From contig DAIQBK010000003.1 of NCBI GenBank assembly GCA_036781205.1, forward strand, positions 66,738 to 130,737: DNA of 64,000 nucleotides, in the 5' to 3' direction. A program made the position numbers and the translations under genes. The first letter of the stretch is position 1. The number at the start of each line of letters is the position of its first letter. Shown here piece by piece: positions 58,595-64,000 of the stretch. Under the pieces are notes generated by a model. It was given only the letters and a program-made list of their open reading frames with translations, made no database searches and was not told where the DNA came from. This stretch comes from Myxococcaceae bacterium. GTDB taxonomy: Bacteria > Myxococcota > Myxococcia > Myxococcales > Myxococcaceae.

Positions 58595-59379
58595 CGCTCG
58601 CCCTTGAACAACCAATCGATTAGCGGCACGAGGGGCGAGACCGCGAGGAGTGCCCAGATCAGGGTGTTGTACCTCCACAGCCCATGCTGAAGGTAAAAGG
58701 CAAAGCCAGCGACCGCGGAGGCGTAAATCGCTCGACCCAATCGACTGTCCGGTGTGGTTTTGGGGTCTGAAATCATGAAGAACGTAAAGAGGATCAGGCT
58801 CCCAGTTGAAAGCTGATGCCAAAGCACCGGAAGTCGCTGCCCGAGGTAGACCACCCGCCCGAGCTTGAGCAGTAACCAAGCCCCGAAGAAATAGATGCTG
58901 ACGTCGGAACGAAAAGCCCGGTGAGCCACCGCGAGCCCAAAGATCGCAAACCAGGCTATTAAGACTGCGCTTTCGCCCCATTGGCTTGGAGAGCACCACG
59001 CCCTGTCGCTCACCAGCATCGCTGCCGCCAGCCCCAAGTTCGTCGGGTTGAAAATGTGTTTGCCTCGGAAGCGAATCAGAAACTTCGAGCTGATCGCCAC
59101 CGCTGCGGCGAATGGCGGTATCCACCAGAGGTCGCTTCTCAGCAGCAGCGAAAGGCCGAATGAGCTGATCAGCGGAGAGAGATAACCCGCCGGCGGCACC
59201 TTCATCAGGCGGGTCATCCCCCATTGCATCCCGAGAGCGGTCGCGACAATCAGGAGGGGCTGCCAGAGCTGCAAATCGAAATGCAGCACCGTCAACCCCG
59301 CACAGAGAAACGAGCCGAGAAATGCGATCTGCAAAAGGCGCGGATCTCTAATGCTCACGGCGGCGAGACGGGCCGGCAT
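58441..59379 (-). CDS. NqrB/RnfD-like polytopic membrane protein (orphan)
   Basis: Multiple TM helices, with KHIFNPTN and FFMISDPKT motifs resembling the conserved NqrB/RnfD F-M-x-T-D-P region. The last ~47 codons run antisense through the cytochrome c gene. Confidence 0.6.
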   Translation of the reverse strand: MPARLAAVSIRDPRLLQIAFLGSFLCAGLTVLHFDLQLWQPLLIVATALGMQWGMTRLMKVPPAGYLSPLISSFGLSLLLRSDLWWIPPFAAAVAISSKFLIRFRGKHIFNPTNLGLAAAMLVSDRAWCSPSQWGESAVLIAWFAIFGLAVAHRAFRSDVSIYFFGAWLLLKLGRVVYLGQRLPVLWHQLSTGSLILFTFFMISDPKTTPDSRLGRAIYASAVAGFAFYLQHGLWRYNTLIWALLAVSPLVPLIDWLFKGERYRWPGQSFSQATLFTSGRGSGEMKFGRFGIAVLGRIFAFITASLPTMPLR

Positions 59380-60747
59380 CTATTTGCTCCACAGGCGCTG
59401 ATACCAAGGCTTTGGAGTGGGGGCGTCCGTGCCGGTCCTTCGGCGAATGACGTCAGACTGCCAGCCGGTCAGTTGCGCCAGGGTTTGGGCCTCAATCCGC
59501 CTTCGCTCCTCGACTTGCTCGCGGTAACGCTCTCCCGCCGCGCAGCTCAGCGAGCCTTCAAACGGATGACGAAGCACGTAGCGCGCCTGGAAGTTTTCCT
59601 GATCGCCAGTCTCCTGAAAGACCAGGTCCTCGGGGAAGTGCTCGGGATCGTAACGAACGTGCAGACGGGTGAGAAAAACGGGCGAGCTGTTCGAGGGGAT
59701 CATCGGCCGACGGATTCCCATCGGGGCCGGGCCGTCATCCAGCCAAAAGACGCCGAGTTGTCGCAGCTCGGCGGGAGAGAGCGGATCGGCGGCGCACGGA
59801 TCGCACCATGACATGTTCCATGCGTACTCGGTTAGAACCGCCCGGCGGTCCTCGTTCTCATACGCATGCTCGAATACCGCTTTGAAAAACCCGCCGAAGT
59901 CCTCCTTCACCGCAAGCGGAATGTCCATCCCGGTGGGAAGCTTCGTGGTTCGATAGTTGGTGGACTCGACGCGGCCTCGGCGAGTCAGGGTGTAGACCAC
60001 CAGGTCCTGCGGTCCGGTGGCATTCGCCATTCCAAGGCGGATGGGCAACATGAATTTTTTCGACTCGTAGGCGATTTGGATCGGCCGCAGGTAATTGAAC
60101 CCCGCCTCCTTGTGGGATGTCAGATTTACCTTGGCGACGAAGAACTTCATGTCCTGGCGAATGTAGGGGGCCAACGCGGCGGACGCCTTGGGAGGAATCC
60201 GGTAGCCGCTCTCGCGCAGCCAGGTTTCCAATCCGGAGGATTCCTTCGCCGAGAGAATCAGAATGTCGTATTCGCCGATCGTGTACCGCGCCTCCACGGT
60301 GACGCCGAGCGCGATTCCTCGCTTGGCCTCGTCCTTCGCGGCCATCATACCGCGAGACGACTCCGTCGCCGGGGCGAGCACCCGGTACCTCGCCACCGCA
60401 CAGGGATCCGGATCGAAGTACTCGACGAGTCGCGGGGCGGAGTATGCGTCCAACCGCTCGATGTACTTGCGTTCGCCGACGTGAATCTGCTCTTTGCTCA
60501 GAACCGAGGGCACTGGAACCACCAGCGCAAAGTCGGTAAGCGCGCCTTTGTAATCGTTGGACATAGTCATCACTGTCCGCTCCCCGTCGCGGACCAGCGC
60601 GACTTGCGAGGCTTCGTTGAAGAGCTTGGCGTCGCTCTTCCCCACGTAGAACCCACAGAATGCGTGCGCCGACAAAGGCCCCAGGCAGGCGGCGGTAACC
60701 AGGGGAAGCAAGAGCCGAAACTGGCCCGATGTATCACGTGAATGCAT
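59380..60747 (-). CDS. DUF2330 domain protein (secreted)
   Basis: Signal peptide followed by the conserved FCGFYVGKSDAKLFNEASQVALVRDGERTVMTM segment typical of DUF2330. The TAG stop abuts the downstream ATG. Confidence 0.65.
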   Translation of the reverse strand: MHSRDTSGQFRLLLPLVTAACLGPLSAHAFCGFYVGKSDAKLFNEASQVALVRDGERTVMTMSNDYKGALTDFALVVPVPSVLSKEQIHVGERKYIERLDAYSAPRLVEYFDPDPCAVARYRVLAPATESSRGMMAAKDEAKRGIALGVTVEARYTIGEYDILILSAKESSGLETWLRESGYRIPPKASAALAPYIRQDMKFFVAKVNLTSHKEAGFNYLRPIQIAYESKKFMLPIRLGMANATGPQDLVVYTLTRRGRVESTNYRTTKLPTGMDIPLAVKEDFGGFFKAVFEHAYENEDRRAVLTEYAWNMSWCDPCAADPLSPAELRQLGVFWLDDGPAPMGIRRPMIPSNSSPVFLTRLHVRYDPEHFPEDLVFQETGDQENFQARYVLRHPFEGSLSCAAGERYREQVEERRRIEAQTLAQLTGWQSDVIRRRTGTDAPTPKPWYQRLWSK

Positions 60748-60862
60748 GAATTGATTCCTTTCGCAAAAGTCTGGCTGGATGAACGCACCGGCCGCGAGAA
60801 AGATCTGAGGCCTAGAAAACGGCTACCATTCCCGGCGGCTAGCGGTTAGCCTTTGGCCCCAC

Positions 60863-61699
60863 ATGTGCCCGATGGACCCACCACCGCTCGCTCCCGAAAC
60901 CGACCTCGTTCAGCTCGATCGCGACCATCCCGGATTTCGCGATCCGGTCTACCGACTACGAAGGAATGAAATCGCGAAGATCGCCCTCGGCTACCACATT
61001 GGCGATCCCATCCCCTCGGTCAACTACACCGCCGAGGAGCGCGGGGTATGGCAAACGGCGCTGCAAAAACTCGCGCCGCTCCATGGCAAATATGCGTGCG
61101 AAGAGTATCTCCGAGCCTTCCCGTCGCTCGGCTTCGAGCCCAATCACATTTCTCAGCTCGGCGAAGTCAACGAGGTGCTATTGCGCCAAACCGGCTTCAA
61201 ACTGGTGCCGGTCGCCGGGCTGGTATCACCCAGGGTCTTCATGAGCCATTTGGCGGATGGCTTGTTCTTGGCGACTCAGTACGTCCGCCACCACAGCGCG
61301 CCGCTCTACACGCCCGAGCCTGACGTGATCCACGAGCTGATTGGGCATGCGGCTCTGCTCGCCAACCCGGGATTTGCCGAAGTCAACCGGCTGTTCGGCG
61401 AGGCCACCAACCGGGTCGGCGAGGACAGGATCGACGCCTTAATCCGCGTCTATTGGTACGCCCTCGAATTCGGCGTGGTTCGCTTGGATCGCGGCCTCAA
61501 AGTGGTAGGGGCCGGGCTGCTCTCCTCTTTTGGAGAGTTGGGCCGCTTCGAGAGCCAGGCCGACCTTCGCCCGTATGACTTGAAGGAAATCGCCAATACG
61601 CCCTTCAATCCAACTGACTATCAGGGGATCCTTTTCGTCGCTCCCGGAGTCAGGTGGCTTTTGGACGATCTCCGTCGCTGGCTGAAAACCTTCTTTTAA
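60863..61699 (+). CDS. phhA: phenylalanine 4-hydroxylase (aromatic amino acid hydroxylase)
   Basis: HPGFRDPVYRLRR, iron ligands in PDVIHELIGHAALL, and YWYALEFG match the bacterial PhhA length and motifs. Confidence 0.85.
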   Translation: MCPMDPPPLAPETDLVQLDRDHPGFRDPVYRLRRNEIAKIALGYHIGDPIPSVNYTAEERGVWQTALQKLAPLHGKYACEEYLRAFPSLGFEPNHISQLGEVNEVLLRQTGFKLVPVAGLVSPRVFMSHLADGLFLATQYVRHHSAPLYTPEPDVIHELIGHAALLANPGFAEVNRLFGEATNRVGEDRIDALIRVYWYALEFGVVRLDRGLKVVGAGLLSSFGELGRFESQADLRPYDLKEIANTPFNPTDYQGILFVAPGVRWLLDDLRRWLKTFF

Positions 61700-61792
61700 C
61701 TGAGGTCCGGCAATCGCCTGGGCCCTCTCCCCGTACCCCGGGCGTAGTATCCACCGCGCCGTCGAGGCGCCAATTACCCGGGAGGGCAATCC

Positions 61793-62551
61793 ATGTTGCT
61801 TTGGACTCATGCCGCAGCACTGGTGGTTTCGCTCGCGGTCGGACACACAAGAGGCAGCGGAACGATCAAGGAGGAAACGCGCCAGGTTGGAGACTTTTCG
61901 GGCGTTTCAGTCGGTTCGGGAATCCGAGCCACCGTCAGCATCGGCCCGAAGACATCGGTCGTTCTGACGGGTGACGACAACCTCCTTTCGATGATCAAAC
62001 TCGAAGTTGTCGACGGAAAACTTACCACGCGAGTGGATTACAATGAGGGAATCCACCCCAGCCGGCCGATCCGGCTCACGGTGGTAACGCCCCACCTCAC
62101 CTCGGCCGAAGCCAGCGGCGGCGCAAGCCTCACCGCAGATGCGACGCCCGGCCCCAAGTTCGTGGCGTCCGCCAGTGGCGGCTCGAAGGTTTCCGTCAAA
62201 GGAGTCGACTCCAAACAGATGTTCGCCAGGGTCAGCGGCGGTGGCACGATCTCCATCACCAACCTGAAGGCGGATTCCGCCGACATTGAGGGAAGCGGCG
62301 GGGCCACGATTTCCCTCTCCGGTAGCGTCAAACGTATCGAGACGAAATTGTCCGGCGGTGCGGGGCTGAAAGCACAGGATGTCCCGGCCGAAGCCCTGCG
62401 CGTCAGCGCAAGCGGCGGCAGCCGGGTCTATGCGCAGGTAAGCTCCGAGCTCTCGGCGAGGCTTTCCGGAGGCGCCACCGTGCACCTCAAAGGAAACCCC
62501 AGCAAGCGCGAGATCGATACGTCGGGCGGCTCGAAAATTTATTACGAGTAG
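61793..62551 (+). CDS. DUF2807 / head GIN domain protein (putative adhesin-like beta-helix)
   Basis: N-terminal GSGTIKEETRQVGDFSGVSVGSGIRATV and recurring SGG(A/S) beta-helix rungs. Confidence 0.65.
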   Translation: MLLWTHAAALVVSLAVGHTRGSGTIKEETRQVGDFSGVSVGSGIRATVSIGPKTSVVLTGDDNLLSMIKLEVVDGKLTTRVDYNEGIHPSRPIRLTVVTPHLTSAEASGGASLTADATPGPKFVASASGGSKVSVKGVDSKQMFARVSGGGTISITNLKADSADIEGSGGATISLSGSVKRIETKLSGGAGLKAQDVPAEALRVSASGGSRVYAQVSSELSARLSGGATVHLKGNPSKREIDTSGGSKIYYE

Positions 62552-64000
62552 GGTGGCGTCGCCTGTTGGGTCGGGTCCGACCGCGCGAGCCGCCCGTTCT
62601 CCCCCGCGATTAGCGACTCGGGCCCGAGCGGTAGCCGGACGGTGAACGTCGCTCCCTCTCCCGGCTTGCTTTTCACCTCGATCGTGCCTCCGAGCGAAGT
62701 CAATATTTCCCGGACGATCCAGAGCCCGAGCCCAAAGCCGCCATAGTGTCGGCTCGAGACTCCTCGCTCGAAGCGTCCGAATATACGCGGCAGATCCTCG
62801 GAACGAATTCCCATGCCGCGGTCCTGAATGACAAAGAGTGCCTCGTTCCCGCGCGCCTCGACCCTCAACTCCACCGGCATCCCCGGACCGTACTTGAGAG
62901 CATTGGAGATGAGATTGGACAGCACCTGCTCGAGGCGCGAGCGATCCCAGATTCCGATCACCGGTTCGGCCGCGGACAGCTTTAGCTGGCACCCGGCGTG
63001 GGAGGCTTCGTCCTGGTAGATCGCAACCACCTCCTTCGACACCCCCACCAGGTCGACGGGTTCGTGATGGAGCTCAAGCGTTCGGGTGTTGAGGCGGGAG
63101 ATGTCGAGAAGGTCCTCCACCAGTTTCGCAACCCGTTCGACCAGCCGACCGAGAGTCTTGATTCGAGGGACGAAGCCATCGGCATGCTCTTTGGCGGCAT
63201 GGCGCATCATCGTATGAACCTGAAGTTGAAGCGGGGTGAGAGGGGTCCTCAACTCGTGAGCCGCCATCGTCAGAAACTCATCCCTCATTTCTACCGCCTG
63301 TTTGAGCTCGCGATTTTGATGCTCGATCTGGCCGAGCATGTTGTTGAACGTATTCGTCAACAATGCCAATTCATCCTCGCCCGGAGCTTCTACCCGGACC
63401 GAGAAATTGTGATTGTGCACGACCAGACGGGCGGCGTCGGTCAATCGCCCGATTGGCTGAAGAATGCGCCGCTGCAACCACACCGAGATCCCGACCGCGG
63501 CAATCAACGAGACCACCAGGATCAACCCGGTCAGCAGCAAATAGCGCCGGATTCGGCGCGCGTGCTCGTCCAAATCCGACTCCAGGGTCAAGCTTCCAAT
63601 CCGCGATCCGTCGCTCAAAACAGGCACGCTGAGAAAAACTCGATCGGCGTCGAATCGATAGTTGAGGCCTCCCTCGGAATCACCCCGAGCCGAGGAAGAA
63701 CCGGAAACGTGGTGCCCATACCCGGCGAACACTTTGCCGTCCGCGGTGGTGATGGTGGCAGAACGGATCCGCGGCTTGGCTTTCAGCGCAGCGAGGGAGG
63801 CAGTCGCGGCTTCCGGATCTCCGAACAAAATTGGGGCGGTGACGTTGAAAGCGAGGACGTTGGCATCGGTGGTCAAGTCGTTCACCAACGACTGGCGGAA
63901 CGTGATCAGCTCGTAGGTAACAAAGCCGGAGCAGGCCAAGAGCAGCGCGAGGCTGCTGGTGGCAGCACTGATCGCGATCAGTCGACCCCTGATCGAGTGC
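62542..64000 (-). CDS. sensor histidine kinase (N-terminus outside the window)
   Basis: The frame stays open to the window edge, and the upstream residues form a TM helix. It has H-box HELRTPLTPL, N-box LISNALKYG, G1 DRGMGI and G2 GGFGLGLWIV, with a HAMP-like segment after the second TM helix. Confidence 0.85.
   Translation of the reverse strand, partial: HSIRGRLIAISAATSSLALLLACSGFVTYELITFRQSLVNDLTTDANVLAFNVTAPILFGDPEAATASLAALKAKPRIRSATITTADGKVFAGYGHHVSGSSSARGDSEGGLNYRFDADRVFLSVPVLSDGSRIGSLTLESDLDEHARRIRRYLLLTGLILVVSLIAAVGISVWLQRRILQPIGRLTDAARLVVHNHNFSVRVEAPGEDELALLTNTFNNMLGQIEHQNRELKQAVEMRDEFLTMAAHELRTPLTPLQLQVHTMMRHAAKEHADGFVPRIKTLGRLVERVAKLVEDLLDISRLNTRTLELHHEPVDLVGVSKEVVAIYQDEASHAGCQLKLSAAEPVIGIWDRSRLEQVLSNLISNALKYGPGMPVELRVEARGNEALFVIQDRGMGIRSEDLPRIFGRFERGVSSRHYGGFGLGLWIVREILTSLGGTIEVKSKPGEGATFTVRLPLGPESLIAGENGRLARSDPTQQATPPYS

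Noticed and set aside
1-64000. Search for CRISPR arrays, transposases, integrases, prophage genes, rRNA, or biosynthetic (PKS/NRPS/RiPP) genes.
   Set aside because: No short regularly spaced direct repeats, no DDE/tyrosine/serine recombinase-like ORFs, no rRNA-like stretches and no biosynthetic domains were seen. The only repeats are coding repeats, the tandem paralogues and the 30-bp duplication.

Overview
High-GC bacterial chromosomal segment (hand counts of most 60-nt lines give about 60-65% G+C). About 58 protein-coding genes are tightly packed on both strands. I found no rRNA, tRNA, CRISPR array, transposase or integrase. The gene content suggests Myxococcota, which is inference only: several Ser/Thr kinases with TPR domains, three ECF sigma factors, GGDEF/PilZ/cNMP signalling proteins, PDGG-linker lipoproteins, and many BNR/beta-propeller secreted proteins. 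Confidently recognised genes include: ftsB followed by a TM-GAF-GAF-GGDEF cyclase; ku; thrA with thrB-thrC split from it by a 3.5-kb opposite-strand block; a TetR-controlled split MacB-type ABC/HlyD/TolC efflux operon; an M14 carboxypeptidase; hsp20; a GH2 glycosidase; a PLP threonine dehydratase; SoxC/SorA-type sulfite dehydrogenase plus cytochrome c; phhA; and a partial sensor histidine kinase. All functional calls rest on motif and architecture recognition from the translated ORFs, with no database search run. Start codons were refined by hand from Shine-Dalgarno motifs and 4-nt ATGA/GTGA overlaps and remain provisional. The leads I consider most worth follow-up are: (1) an uncharacterised module at 40.4-42.7 kb, consisting of a TM-anchored hypothetical protein convergent with an ATGA-chained three-gene operon; (2) a DUF2330 plus orphan NqrB/RnfD-like two-gene unit next to soxCD-like genes; (3) a kinase-coupled ECF sigma factor flanked on both sides by secreted-protein genes; (4) a kinase-P-loop-TPR giant protein; (5) ku linked to a MerR-TPR gene; and (6) the ftsB-cyclase pair. 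I cannot show that any of these is truly undescribed without searches.
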